Of a stretch of DNA of 64,000 bases, positions 1-13,525 are shown piece by piece; position 1 is the first letter of the stretch; every line of letters begins with the position of its first letter. Source of the stretch: Octopus sinensis (taxonomy: Eukaryota); NCBI RefSeq assembly GCF_006345805.1, contig NC_043001.1, positions 56,110,001 through 56,174,000 on the forward strand, read 5' to 3'. The notes under the pieces were generated by a model, which made no database searches, was not told where the DNA came from, and saw only the letters and a list, made by a program, of their open reading frames with translations. The position numbers were made by a program, and so were the translations under genes.

Positions 1-118
1 AACCTAGTTTTTATTCTATCAGTAACTTTTGCCGAATCGCTAAGTTACGGGGACGTAAATACAACAACATCGGTTTTCAAGCGATGGCGGATGGAGACAA
101 ACACAGACAGACACACGA

Positions 119-173
<55 letters not shown>

Positions 174-363
174 ACACACACAAACACACAAACACATACA
201 CATATATACGACGGGCTTCTTTCAGTTTCCATCTACCAAATCCACTCACACGGCTTTGGTTTGCCCGAGACTATAGTAGATGACACTTGCCCAAGGTGCC
301 ACGCAGTGGGACAGAACCCGGAACCATGTGGTTGGGAAGCAAGCTTCTTACCACACAGCCATG
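1..363 (-). mobile_element. tRNA-derived SINE, family A (CORE-like, internal microsatellite), 3' end cut by window edge
   Basis: Minus strand starts GGCTGTGTGGTAAGAAGCTTGC (A box), then GGTTCTGTCCC (B box) and CACCTTGGGCAAGTG (CORE-like motif). Internal (AC)n. Matches more than 12 other copies in the window. Confidence 0.85.
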
Positions 364-592
364 CTCGACCTATTTTAGAATATGGAACGCTTATCCTTGC
401 GCAGGATGTGATATTCAAGTGATGTGAATATATAGTATATATATATATATATATATAACAGATGTATGTCTATTATATATATATATATATATATCATTTA
501 TGTATACATATATATATATTGTGTATATTATTTAGTTTATATATAATATACAAATATGAATTTATATATCTTATATATACGATACACGCACA

Positions 593-636
<44 letters not shown>

Positions 637-789
637 TAAATATATATATATATATCATATACACATTAGATAATCATGAATGTAGATCCCACTCTCTCTC
701 TCTCTCTCTCTTTGTGTATATTTATATACATACATACATATCAGCATATCCATGTGCATTAACAAAATGCCATTTTGGAATGACATCCA

Positions 790-985
790 TCATTGTGACC
801 AACAAGAGGCCATTCACCTAAGTTATTTATGAAGCGATGCAACAAACAAGCTTACAAAGAGACTGCAAACCGCCTCAGACAGGATCCATACAAACTGGAA
901 TCAATTAATTAACTAAAGGAGGTTGCTGAGTCGAAGACAACCAATCAATTGAAGAACACACTTGATAGATATTGGAAGAACATTC
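790..985 (+). mobile_element. CR1-like LINE ORF2 C-terminal remnant
   Basis: Manual translation of frameshifted pieces gives TRGHSPKL...KRCN...NWNQL...EVAESKTTNQLKNTLDRYWK, matching the CR1-type C-terminal pattern TRGH.KL...WN.L...FK..LD. Confidence 0.6.
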
Positions 986-1289
986 AATATGTAATGCGTT
1001 TCTACTATGGAGAAAAGGTGCATTAAGAGCAAAGTTGGATTTCTGTGTTTTTTTTATCGTTATCTTTATCAGCTATTAGATTGAAAAGTTTAAAAAAATA
1101 CTATTAACACAATGCCGAACATATATAAGCATACAAACACATAAACATACAGCGGTGTAAATGCAGAAACCAGCTCAAGTACACGGTTAAAGTTAGGAAG
1201 AAGGATCGAAAGTATCTAACGTCATCAGCTAACAAACAGTTAAGTGAAATTGTGTGAGAGAAATGGCAGAGGATCGTAACAGAACTAAC

Positions 1290-1327
<38 letters not shown>

Positions 1328-1698
1328 ATGTATATATATATATACACATATATATATACATATGTTTGTGTATATATTTGTGAGTATGTGTACATGTATG
1401 CGTGTGATTGTGCGCATAGATGTATACGAATGTATGTATGTATGTATGTATGTATGTACGTATGTATTGTAATTTATTTTCTTCTGACAACGGAACTGAT
1501 GTTCTACTCGTTGAGTACAAACACATTCGAACACACCCACCCATTCACAGATACAGACACTCACTCATGTGCATGTGTGTGTGTGTGTGTATGTGTATAC
1601 ATAAATATACATATATATACATATACATGTATACATATATATGTGTATGTATATTCATATACAAACAGACACACACACACGCATATCTACGCATATAC

Positions 1699-1748
<50 letters not shown>

Positions 1749-1784
1749 TATATATATAACAGATGTATGTCTATTATATATATA

Positions 1785-1826
<42 letters not shown>

Positions 1827-2399
1827 GTATACACATACATATATACATACACACACACACACACACATATAAATATAAATGCATATATGTCATAGACAGA
1901 AAAATTTTAAAGGTTGTTATTATCGCGACTCGATTTTTTTTTCTTTTCCTTCTTCGATGACTCATTCTTTAGACATCATGAACAAAATAAAAGAATTTCA
2001 GATAGCATGAACGAACTAAAAGATATAAAAGAAAATTTTGATGTTGAAATAAATATATTGGAATGAAATAATCTGTTTACTTTGGAAGTGTTCATAAAGA
2101 CACGGAAATGAATATTTTAAAATGTCGGCGATTTTGATTTTGTTGTCCCTATACATAGACACACACACACATACATACATACATACATACATGCATACAT
2201 ACACACATACATACATACATACATACATATATACATACATACATACATACATACATACATACATAAATACATATGTACATATCTATTTGTACACACACAC
2301 ACACACACGCATATATATTTGTCTGTATGTGTGCATATATGAATATTTTTTTTATTAATGTCATCATCATGATTAACTTGATCATGAGCACGATCCTAA

Positions 2400-2468
2400 T
2401 CACATCACGATCATCATCAGCACCAACACCACTTCCTCCACAACCATCACCAGCACCACCAGCACCAT

Positions 2469-2499
<31 letters not shown>

Positions 2500-2912
2500 A
2501 CCACCACCACCAACGTCACCGCCGCCGCCGCCGCTGCCGCCACCACCGCCGCCACCACCACCACCACCACCACCACCACCACCACCACCACCACCACCAC
2601 CACCACCACCACCACCACCACCACTACCACCAACACCACCACCACCACCGCCACCACCGCCATCAACGCCGCCGCTACCACTACCAACGTCGCCGACACC
2701 ACCACCATGATAGCCACTATCATGATTGTCACGACCATTATTATAATCGTCACCTTGCTCATGACGATGACGATGATGATCTTCATCACGCTTACCATTA
2801 ATATCACCATCGTCACCATCGTCGTCATCATCACCGTTTTCGTCTCATCACCATCATCATCATCATCTTCACCATCATCATCATCGTCTTCATCTTCCTC
2901 ATGATCATCATC
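2400..2912. repeat. Compound (CAT/CAC/CCG)n trinucleotide microsatellite
   Basis: Directly visible. Explains the poly-Pro and poly-Val ORFs. Confidence 0.9.
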
Positions 2913-3740
2913 AAAGTTGTTGATGACAGTACGGTTAAATTGTTTAACATAAATGAATAAATAAATAAATAAATAAGAAATTATGAATAACTAAAATAAA
3001 TAAATAAATCTAGTCTCGCAGCGTTAAGTTCCGACCCTTTACAAATTTTGCTTTCATCGTTCGAAATAGATAAAATTAAAGCACCAGTCAAATACTGGCA
3101 GAAGCGGATTTCGATTTATATTCCTACAAAGCATTTTAGATGTAATTGGAATTATAATAGAAGAATTTGTCTATCATCCCCTCCAAGGGGCCGATAAAAT
3201 GGAATACCAATTATGTACTGGATCGATATAATCGACTAAAATCCTCTATCAAAAACTGTGTCATTGTGTCTATGCTCGAAATCGATAATCTCCCTCACCT
3301 CCTCATCGCTTTTATCATCATCATCATCAAACAGGAGGGAAAATTATTTTATGATATTGTGTTGATTATATATACAAAAGTCAAAATCCCTTATTAACTC
3401 TTCAAGTATTTTCAATTTCAGAAATAATAATGATCATGATCATAAGAACAACAAAAATAGTCCTTTCTACTATAAACGCAAAGCCTGAAATTTGGGGTGG
3501 ATAGTCGATTACATTGACCCCAGACGGGTAGTCATGATGGGTATTCTAGGCTTTATATATTTTACCCCAGTGTCACTTTTGATGTCATACACTGCTCTCT
3601 CACTTATCATTATTAATAATAATAACAATAATAATAACAACAACAACAATAACAACAACAACAATACTACTACTACTACTACTACTACTACTAATAATAA
3701 TAATAATAATAGCAATAATAATAAGAAGAAGTTGAAGAAG

Positions 3741-4725
3741 TTACACTTATAAGTTACAACTACAATATCCTTAACTGGACACTAAATGAACTAACCAAAA
3801 TAGACAGGAAAACAAGAAAAATAATGAGAGGATCTAGGATGCACCGCCCAAAATCTGACATAGAAAGGTTATATATATACAACGTATAGAAGGTGGTTGA
3901 GGTATTATACAGTTAAAAAACTATTACAAAATAACCACCATAGGACTACAAAAATACCTATTTCAGAATAGTGGCTGAGAAGCTCAGGACTCAAAGCAGA
4001 GACTGAAGGATTTTTAATTGCAGCACAAGATCAAAGCCTCCCCACCAGAAAGTACCATAAACATATAATGAAAAGAAACAAGTAATTGCAGAATATATGG
4101 AGATGGACAAGAAACAATAGATCATATTGTCTCTGGCTTCCCAGTCATAGCTATGAAGGAATATGTTCACAGATACGACAGAGTTGGGACCTACATACAC
4201 TGGAAGCTATGCCAACACTATGGAATAACAACACAAAAAAGATGGTATAGGCACACACCAGAAAAGGTCACAGAAAATGAAAAAGCAACAATATTATGGG
4301 ATACGCCAATACACAAAGAGAAATTAAGGTCAATAGGCCAGATATAGTTGCCAGAGATCATGTTTTCTAATTGATGTATCAATACCAACAGATGAGAACG
4401 TTTCTCTAAAAGAAATGGAGAAACTTTCAAAATACAAACACCTGGAAATAGAGGTAACTCGAATGGGGAGTCTAAAAACAGAACCAATTCCTATTATAGT
4501 GGGAGCATTATGTATGAAAAAAAATATTCAGACAAATACATAACAAAAACACCAGGACTTACAAATATATATAACATACAGAAAATAGCACTTCTAGGTA
4601 CCGGCCACATCCTACGTAAAACACTTTCAATACAGTAAAAATAAGAGCATCGCAACAAACCACTGCACATACCCAACGTACACACAGCTGCGCTCGGTAG
4701 TGAAATGAAAGCAAGTTATAAAAAT
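3741..4725 (+). mobile_element. R4/Dong-like non-LTR retrotransposon, 5'-truncated and internally deleted (RT thumb, CCHC knuckle, REL endonuclease, 3' UTR), subfamily 1
   Basis: Frameshifted translation: ILNWTLNELTKIDRKTRKIM..MHRPKSDIERLY / [21 protein letters not shown] / CRI..QETIDHIVSG / HRYDRVGTYIHWKLC / RPDIV / IQKIALLGTGHILRKTLSIQ*. Flanked by (AAT)n. Confidence 0.88.
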
Positions 4726-4737
4726 AATAATAATAAT

Positions 4738-5135
4738 CATTTCTGCAGAAGGCACAAGGCCTAGAAATTTGGTGGGAGGAGACTAGTCGATATGATCGAC
4801 CTCAGTGTTTCACTGGTACTTAATTTATCGACCCCGAAGGGATGAAAGACAAAGTCGACCTCAGCGGAATTTGAACTCACAACGTAGCAACGGTCGAAAT
4901 ACCTATTTCTTTATTACCCACAAGGGGCTAAACATAGAGGGGACAAACAAGGACAGAGATAGGTATTAAGTCGATTACATCGACCCCAGTGCGTAACTGG
5001 TACTTAATTTATCGACACAGAAGGGATGAAAGGCAAAGTCGACCTCGGCGGAATTTGAACTCACAACGTAACGACAGACGAAATACCGCTAAGTATTTCG
5101 CCCGGCGTGCTAACGTTTCTGCCAGTTCGCCGCCT
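4738..5135 (-). mobile_element. tRNA-derived SINE family B, dimeric body
   Basis: Minus strand has GGCGGCGAACTGGCAGAAACGTTAGC head, GAGTTCAAATTCC B box, and the GCCTTTCATCC..GTCGATAAATTAAGTACCAG domain twice. 3' end GCCTTGTGCC followed by (ATT)n. Confidence 0.85.
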
Positions 5136-5271
5136 AATAGTGATAATGATGATGATGATGATGATGACGACAACAACAACAACAACAACAACAACGACGA
5201 CGACGACGACGACGACGACAACAACAACAATAATAATAATAATAATAACTTATTTTATTATTATTTATGCG

Positions 5272-5505
5272 CCCTTCTCAAGCCTAGCCAGGCTCAGGGG
5301 CCCATTTTCCTGGTTTCTGTGGCATATGTGTTCCCCCCAGCTGGACGGGATGCCAGCCGATCGCAGCGTTATTCAAGAAACAGGAAGAGTGAGAGAAAGT
5401 TGGGGCGAAAGAGTACAACAGGGGTCTCCACCACCCCCTGATGGAGCATCGTGGAGCTTTAGGTGTTAAAGTTCGCTGCGCTAACCACTGGGCTATTGTG
5501 CCTTC
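5272..5505 (-). mobile_element. SINE family E, internally deleted
   Basis: Minus strand begins GAAGGCACAATAGCCCAGTGGTTAGCGCAGCG (A-box tRNA-like head). Body contains GGCTGGCATCCCGTCCAG. Ends at an A-rich (AAT) tail. Confidence 0.55.
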
Positions 5506-5548
5506 TAATAATAGTAATAATAGTAATAATGATAATCACAATAATAAT

Positions 5549-5935
5549 TCAGACGGACAGAATAATAGAACCTAGAAGGCCTGATTTAGTAGCAGTAGAT
5601 AAAAGAATAGCGAGTGTCAGATAAATGATGAGAAAGTCAACATGTGATGTATAGAGAAAATGGCAAAGTACCAGGACCTAGCCACTGAGTTACAGAGACT
5701 ATGGAAAGTGCAGGTAAAATGTATCTCAATAGTTATAAGTACATTAGGAACCATCCCTACAGATGGAAAGAGGAAATAGGTATAAAATCTAGTTTTGTAT
5801 AGCTCCAGAAAACAATGTTGTTAGGGACAGCTAAGATACTTAGGGGGTTCTCTGAAATCTAAGGTTACTTGTAGCCCGATGCTAGGATGTTTTCTTTTCC
5901 AACACTTTAATCTGTTGTGCGTGTATGAAGTAATA
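5549..5935 (+). mobile_element. R4/Dong-like REL endonuclease 3' fragment, subfamily 2
   Basis: QTDRIIEPRRPDLVAVDK...EKMAKYQDLATELQRLWKVQVKCISIVISTLGTIP...LQKTMLLGTAKILRG, with (AAT)n on both sides. Confidence 0.8.
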
Positions 5936-6028
5936 ATCATAATAATAATACTAATGATAATAATTATAATATTGATAATAATGATAATAATAATAATAAT
6001 GATAATAATAATAATAATGATGATGATG

Positions 6029-6059
<31 letters not shown>

Positions 6060-6097
6060 CAACACAACAACAACAACAACAACAATAATGATAATAG

Positions 6098-6272
6098 GTT
6101 TCAAATTTTGGCACAAGGCCAGAAATTTCTAGGGAAGGGATAAGTCGATTACTTTGACACTTGTGCTTAACTGGTACTTATTTTATCAACCCCAAAAGGA
6201 TGAAAAGCAAATTCGACCTCGGCGGTATTTGAACTCAGAACGTAAGGATGGGCGAAATGCATTTTGCCCGGT
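6098..6272 (-). mobile_element. SINE family B, partial
   Basis: GGCACAAGGCC...CTGGTACTTATTTTATCAACCCC...TTTGAACTCAGAACGT shared with other family B copies. Confidence 0.75.
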
Positions 6273-6337
6273 ATGCTATCGGAGGATGATGAAAAGGATG
6301 ATGATGATGATGATGATAATAATAATAATAATAATAG

Positions 6338-6780
<443 letters not shown>

Positions 6781-6794
6781 AATAATAATAATAA

Positions 6795-7075
6795 TGCTCA
6801 TGGGAACTGCTCATATCCTACGCAAAATACTCTCTATGTAATCCCAAGGTTTAAAACAAACTTTTATTTATTTATTTATTTATTTTATTTTATTTTATTT
6901 TATTTTATTCTTTTATTTTTTATTGTATTTTTATGTATTAGACATTCACTAGTACAACACCCCCCCCCCCCCCCAAATATATGGCACAGAACTTCCAACC
7001 TGTTGTCTCTTGAGGTATTTGGGTGAGACTTGGAGCCAACTTGTACAGACATAAAGCAAAAGTCAAACATAGAAT
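6795..7075 (+). mobile_element. R4/Dong-like 3' end, subfamily 3
   Basis: LMGTAHILRKILSM* plus a 3' UTR ending GCAAAAGTCAAACATAG(AAT)n. Same as 8897-9225 and 9361-9665. Confidence 0.8.
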
Positions 7076-7091
7076 AATAATAATAATAATA

Positions 7092-7128
<37 letters not shown>

Positions 7129-7159
7129 TAATAATAATAATATAATAATAATACAGAAA

Positions 7160-7428
7160 AAAATAGAAGCAAAAATAAAAACTATTATAGTAGGCGCATT
7201 GAGTATGATAAAAAAAACATCCAGCAAAATACATAACCAAAACACCAGGACCCACAAATGCCTTTAACATACAGAAAATAGCACTAGTAGGCACCGCACA
7301 CGTCTTCCGTAAAACACTTTCAATACAGTATAAATAAGAGCACCACAACAAACCACAGCACACTGCCAAGGCAAACAGAGCTGTACTTGGTAGTGCAGTG
7401 AAATCCCGTTATGAAAATAAGACTACTG

Positions 7429-7430
<2 letters not shown>
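7160..7430 (+). mobile_element. R4/Dong-like 3' end, subfamily 1
   Basis: IIVGALSMI..KYITKTPG..NIQKIALVGTAHVFRKTLSIQ plus 3' UTR, followed by (AAC/AAT)n. Confidence 0.8.
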
Positions 7431-7523
<93 letters not shown>

Positions 7524-7534
7524 CAACAATAATA

Positions 7535-7928
7535 TTGCTTGTCAGTTGTTTGACCTTAACCAGTTGAGCATGTCCCTTAGTGGCTGCCGATATGTGCATT
7601 TCTGATCATGAGCAGGAGTAATGTGTCAAGAGGAATTATTTGGGTTTTGGATAATTCACCTTTGGAAACATGGGTGTTTCATTCCACATCCTTGAACAAC
7701 CCTTATTCAGGAACCTTTTGAGTGGAATGGGCTAGTCAACCTGATGAAAATTCTAACTGGGCCCCCACCTGCAAGGTCATGCACTGTTTATCTTGATATG
7801 AGATCACCATGTCGCGTCATGCATGTGCCTAGTGTACCCTTATCAGACGGATAGTCATGATGGGTATACTGGGCTTCGTATATTTTACCCCAATGTCACT
7901 TTGATGGCATGCACTGCTCTTTCACTCA
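7535..7928 (+). mobile_element. Non-coding (AAT)-tailed retroposon, family D
   Basis: Homologous to 6446-6780 and 10088-10728, with the same 3' end. Confidence 0.75.
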
Positions 7929-7943
7929 ATAATAATGATGATC

Positions 7944-8039
<96 letters not shown>

Positions 8040-8041
<2 letters not shown>

Positions 8042-8860
8042 CTAAACGCAAAAGAAATAGACAAAGAAAAATCCCAGCAATGGTTGAGAAGCTCAGGACT
8101 CAAAGCAGAAACAGAGGGATTTTTAATTGCAGCACAAGACCAAAGCCTCCCCACCAGAAAGTACCAAAAACATGTAATGAAAAGAAATATTACAAGTAAC
8201 TGCAGAATATGTGGAGATGGACAAGAAACAATAAATCATATTATCTCTAGCTGCCCAGTCCTGGCTAAGAAGGAATATATTCACAGACATGACAGAGTTG
8301 GAACCTACATACATTGGAAGCTATGCCAACATTATGGAATAACAACAGAAAAAAGATGGTATAGGCACACACCAGAAAAGGTCATAGAAAACGAGAAAGC
8401 AACCATACTCTGGGATATGCCGATACACACAGATAGAGAAATTAGGCCAACAGACCAGATATAGTTGTCAGAGATCATGAAGAAAAAAAATGCTTTCTAA
8501 TCAATACCGGCAGATGACAACGTGTCTCTAAAAGAAATGGAGAAACTCTCAAAATACAAAGACCTGGAAATAGAGGTAACTAGAATGTGGAATCTGAAAA
8601 CAGAAACAATTCCTATCATAGTAGGTGCATTAGGCATGATAAAAAAATATTCAGACAAATACATAACAAAAACACCAGGACTTACAAACACATATAACAT
8701 ACAGAAAATTGCACTACTAGGCACTGCACACATCCTACGCAGAACACTTTCCATACAATAACCATCAGAGCATCACAACAAATCACAGCACATACCCAAG
8801 GCACACAGAGCTGCGCTCGGTAGTGAAGTGAAAGCACGCTATAAAAATAAAACTACTGAA
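8040..8860 (+). mobile_element. R4/Dong-like retrotransposon 3' fragment (best-preserved copy; CCHC zinc knuckle and PD-(D/E)xK REL endonuclease)
   Basis: ORFs 7823-8464 and 8522-8761: [89 protein letters not shown]. Frameshifts present. (AAT)n on both sides. Confidence 0.92.
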
Positions 8861-8896
8861 TAATAATAATAATAATAATGATAATAATAATAATAA

Positions 8897-9225
8897 TAGG
8901 TGCCCTGGGAATGATAACAAAAGGGGCTGATCGCTACCTAACTCAGATACCAGGAAACCCCAAAATAACAGAAATCCAAAAGATAGTGCTCATGGAAACT
9001 GCTCATATCCTACGCAAAATACTTTCTATGTAATCTCAAGTTTTAAAGCAAACATAATTTTCGGTTTTTTTTTTACATTCACTGGTACAGCACTAAATAC
9101 AAAACCAAATATATGGCACACTAGGCATAACAACATCACGAACTTCCAACCTGTTGTCTCTTGAGGTCTCTGGGTGAGACTTGGAGCCAACTTGTACAAA
9201 TATAAAGCAAAAGTCAAACATAGAA
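8897..9225 (+). mobile_element. R4/Dong-like 3' end, subfamily 3
   Basis: IGALGMITKGADRYLTQIPGNPKITEIQKIVLMETAHILRKILSM*, then UTR and (AAT)n. Confidence 0.82.
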
Positions 9226-9239
9226 TAATGATAATAATG

Positions 9240-9665
<426 letters not shown>

Positions 9666-9678
9666 TAATAATAATAAT

Positions 9679-9717
<39 letters not shown>

Positions 9718-9744
9718 AACAATAACAATAATAATAATAATGAT

Positions 9745-9777
<33 letters not shown>

Positions 9778-9795
9778 AATAATAATAATAATAAC

Positions 9796-10007
9796 CCTTT
9801 CTCCTATAGGCACAAGGCCTGAAACTTGGCAGAGACGGATAGTCGATTAGATCGACTCCAGTACTTAACTGGTACTTAATTTATCGACCCAGAAAGGAGG
9901 AAAGGCAAAGTCAATCTCCGCAGAATTTGAACTTAGCACGTAGAGGTAGACGAAATAATTCTAAGCATTTCACCCGGTGTACTAACGATTCTACTAGTTC
10001 GCCACCT
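9796..10007 (-). mobile_element. SINE family B, full-length monomer
   Basis: Head AAGGTGGCGAACTAGTAGAATCGTTAG, central domain, 3' GCCTTGTGCCTATAGGAGAAAGG followed by (TTA)n. Confidence 0.8.
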
Positions 10008-10024
10008 TACTACTACTACTACTA

Positions 10025-10076
<52 letters not shown>

Positions 10077-10087
10077 ACAATAATAAT

Positions 10088-10728
10088 ATGGCTTTCATGG
10101 CTTCTCATCGTAACCAATTAGAAGTGTTGCCATGTACATTGTTTTGTCTTGATATAAAAGATGGGCTACAGCAAATATTCTGTTGGCTCTGATGCAGTAT
10201 CGGGCAGTGGCTTTCATGGCTTCTGATCTTAACTCATTGGAAATGTTATCATGTACATTGTTTTGTCTTGGCATAAACGATGGACTGCAGCAAATATTGT
10301 GCTCAATACCATAGATTGTCAGTTGTTTGACCTCAACTAGTTAAGCATATCTCTTGCTGGCTGACGATATGTGCATCTCTGATTACGAGCAGAAGTAGTT
10401 GGCTAACATTATAGCCATGTGTTGAGAGGAACTGTTTGGTGCTTGACTAATTCATCCGTGGAAACGTGTTTCGTTCAATATTCTTAATCAACCTTATTCA
10501 GTGACCTTTTGAACGCGATGGGCTACTCGTCCTGAAGAAAATTCTATCTGGGCTCCACCTGCAAGATCAGGTACTGTTTATCTTGATATTAAATCACCAT
10601 GTCGCGCACATATGTTTGTGATGCAAGTGCCTAGTATACCCTTATCAGACGGGTCGTCATGATGGGTATATTGGGTTTCGTATACTTTATCCGTGTCACT
10701 TTGATGGCAAGCACTGCTTTCTCACTCA
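10088..10728 (+). mobile_element. Non-coding (AAT)-tailed retroposon, family D (longest copy)
   Basis: Extends the shared sequence further 5'. Contains an internal ~120-bp direct duplication beginning GGCTTTCATGGCTTCT. Confidence 0.72.
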
Positions 10729-11322
10729 ATTATAATAATATTATAATCTTTTCTACTATAAGTACAAGACCTGAAATTCTGGTAAAGGAGGAATAGTTAA
10801 TTACACTGACCCCAGTACTTGACTGGTAGATTGATTTCAAATTTATAAAAATGTTTATTTTATTGCATGACATACTGTATATGAGTACTATTTTGATTCT
10901 TGTTAGATTGGCAAAATTTCCGATAACTTTTAAGCTCACCACATAAAGAATAAATAATACAATTAAGCGCCCCCAGCTGAGAGTTGATCTTTACAGTAAA
11001 TTAAATATAACATGATAAAAGTAGAATAATTTCTGCTGTCGCTCCATGTCATTACTGAGAAAGGTATGTGCACAAATGTGCTACAGTTATGTCTACGAGT
11101 ACCTTAGTTGATTGATGTAAATTTTAGAGATATTTTATTTTGCTTTAGTGTATCAGATATATGCTGTTACATATAACAGTGACCTGTTACTCCTGAGGCA
11201 AAATTCGTACTATTAAAAAATTGTGCGATAAAATGTGGTACATGTATATTGCTGAACAAATATACACACTTAATTGGTTTTACATATGGCATAGTGTATG
11301 ACGTGTGACTGTACATTTATGT

Positions 11323-11395
<73 letters not shown>

Positions 11396-11821
11396 TGTGT
11401 GTATGTGTGTATGTGTGCATGTGTGTATGTGCGCGCGTGTGTGTGTGTGTGAGAGAGAGAGAGAGTGAGTGAGTGAGCATATGCGTATGGAACTAAATGT
11501 AAGTTTATAAAACACTGAAATAAATATTTTGAATATTTTATATATATATATTAATGTTTATGCCTGTTAATGCGCATTACTTTTCGTTCGTATTTTGAGA
11601 CTAAACTATTTCCTATCAACAGATTTTAAATAAATATGCGTATACATTTATATATTCATGCATACATACACACATGATATACACATGTGAAATACTTTGT
11701 ATGATAAATTTAAAATATTTTTATATATTGCATCGTGGTATTATTACTTGCTACTGGAGTACTTATACACGGCAATTACGTCAGCGGTCGCAAGCGCGCA
11801 CACCCAGACTCACACTCACAC

Positions 11822-12044
11822 ACACACCCGTAAAATCGAAGTAAGAAGATGAGAAAGTATTTGAGAACATCCTTATTTCTAATCACAACTGTTTCGATAT
11901 CAGCCCAATTTTAACACCATTTGCACATAAACGATTTCATGTGAAAAGTTATGAAATATTTACGGTTCATTTACATTGGTGTGGCACTTCATCAGGATTA
12001 CATCAAAAGGTTTGGTCACATATATATATCTGTATCTATCTATC

Positions 12045-12099
<55 letters not shown>

Positions 12100-12345
12100 C
12101 AACACACAACACACACACACACACACACCACACACACACACCCGTAAAATCGAAGTAAGAAGATGAGAAAGTATTGAGAACATCCTTATTTCTAATCACA
12201 ACTGTTTCGATATCAGCCCAATTTTAACACCATTTGCACATAAACGATTTCATGTGAAAAGTTATGAAATATTTACGGTTCATTTACATTGGTGTGGCAC
12301 TTCATCAGGATTACATCAAAAGGTTTGGTCACATATATATATCTG
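11822..12345. repeat. Tandem duplication (period ~313 bp) of a unit containing a hammerhead-like motif
   Basis: CCCGTAAAATCGAAG...GGTTTGGTCAC occurs at ~11827 and ~12141, nearly identical, separated by (AC)n. Confidence 0.9.
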
Positions 12346-12357
12346 TATCTATCTATC

Positions 12358-12390
<33 letters not shown>

Positions 12391-12539
12391 CACACACACA
12401 CACACAAACACACACACACCACACACACACACACACCACACACACACACACACACACACCACACACACACACACACACACCACACACACACACCACACAC
12501 ACACACATATATATATATATATAATATATATATATATAG

Positions 12540-12880
12540 CATGGCTGTTTGGTAAGAAGCTTGCTTCCCAACCACATGGTCTCCGGGTTCAGTCCCACTG
12601 CGTGACACCTTGGCTGGTGTCGTCTACTATAGATTCGGCCCGACCAAAGCCTTGTGAGTGGATTTGGTAGACGGAAACCCAAAGAGGCCCCTATGTGTGT
12701 CTTTGTGTCTGTGTTTTTCCCCCACCATCGTTTGATGCTATGTTATGTTTATGTCATCGTAACTTAGCATCTCGGCAAAAGAGACCGATAGAATAAGTCC
12801 AGTGTCGATTCATTCGAAATTCTTCAAGGCGTACCCCAGCATGGCTGCAGTCTAATGACTGAAACAAGTAAATGATAAAA
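12540..12880 (+). mobile_element. SINE family A
   Basis: TGGCTGTTTGGTAAGAAGC head, GGTTCAGTCCC B box, 3' CAGCATGGCTGCAGTCTAATGACTGAAACAAGTAA. Confidence 0.85.
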
Positions 12881-13064
12881 GAAGAAAAACACACTTGTTC
12901 ATGCACATATATACATGTATGTATATGTATGTGTGTATGTATAATTATAGACATGCATATGATATGCGAACAAATGAAAGAAAGATGAACTCAACACATT
13001 TTGATAGAGTTGTGAGTTTAATATAGCTTGATTATGTGTGTGAATATATATATATATTCTTATA

Positions 13065-13400
13065 TTCTTTTATTTGTTCCTGTGACTTGACTGCGGCCAT
13101 GCTGGAGCACCGCTTTTAGTCGAACAGGTCGACCCTAGGACTTATTCTATATCAGTCTCTTTTGCTGAACAGCTAAGTTACGAGGACGTCAACTCACCAG
13201 CATCAGTTGTAAAGCGATGTTGGGTGGGGGAGACAAACACAGACCCCCCCCCACACACACACACTACGGTCTTTTTTCAGTTTTCGTCTACCAAACCCAC
13301 TCACAAGGCTTTGGTCGATCCGAGGCTATAGTAGAAGACACTTGCCCAAGGTGCCATGCAGTGGGATTGAAATCGGAACAACACAGCCACTCCTACACCT
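13065..13400 (-). mobile_element. SINE family A
   Basis: Reverse-complement match to family A over most of its length. Confidence 0.8.
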
Positions 13401-13525
13401 ATATACATACATACATACGTACATACATATATACATACAAATAAACACACACACACATATATATATATTTCTCCACGTGCTGTTACACAACCCAACCATT
13501 TTAACTGACTTATACTTATATATAT

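Noticed and set aside
2273-2710. Poly-proline ORF resembling formin or extensin
   Set aside because: Pure (CCA)n microsatellite. The N-terminus comes from (AC)/(AT) repeats, and there is no domain or splice evidence.
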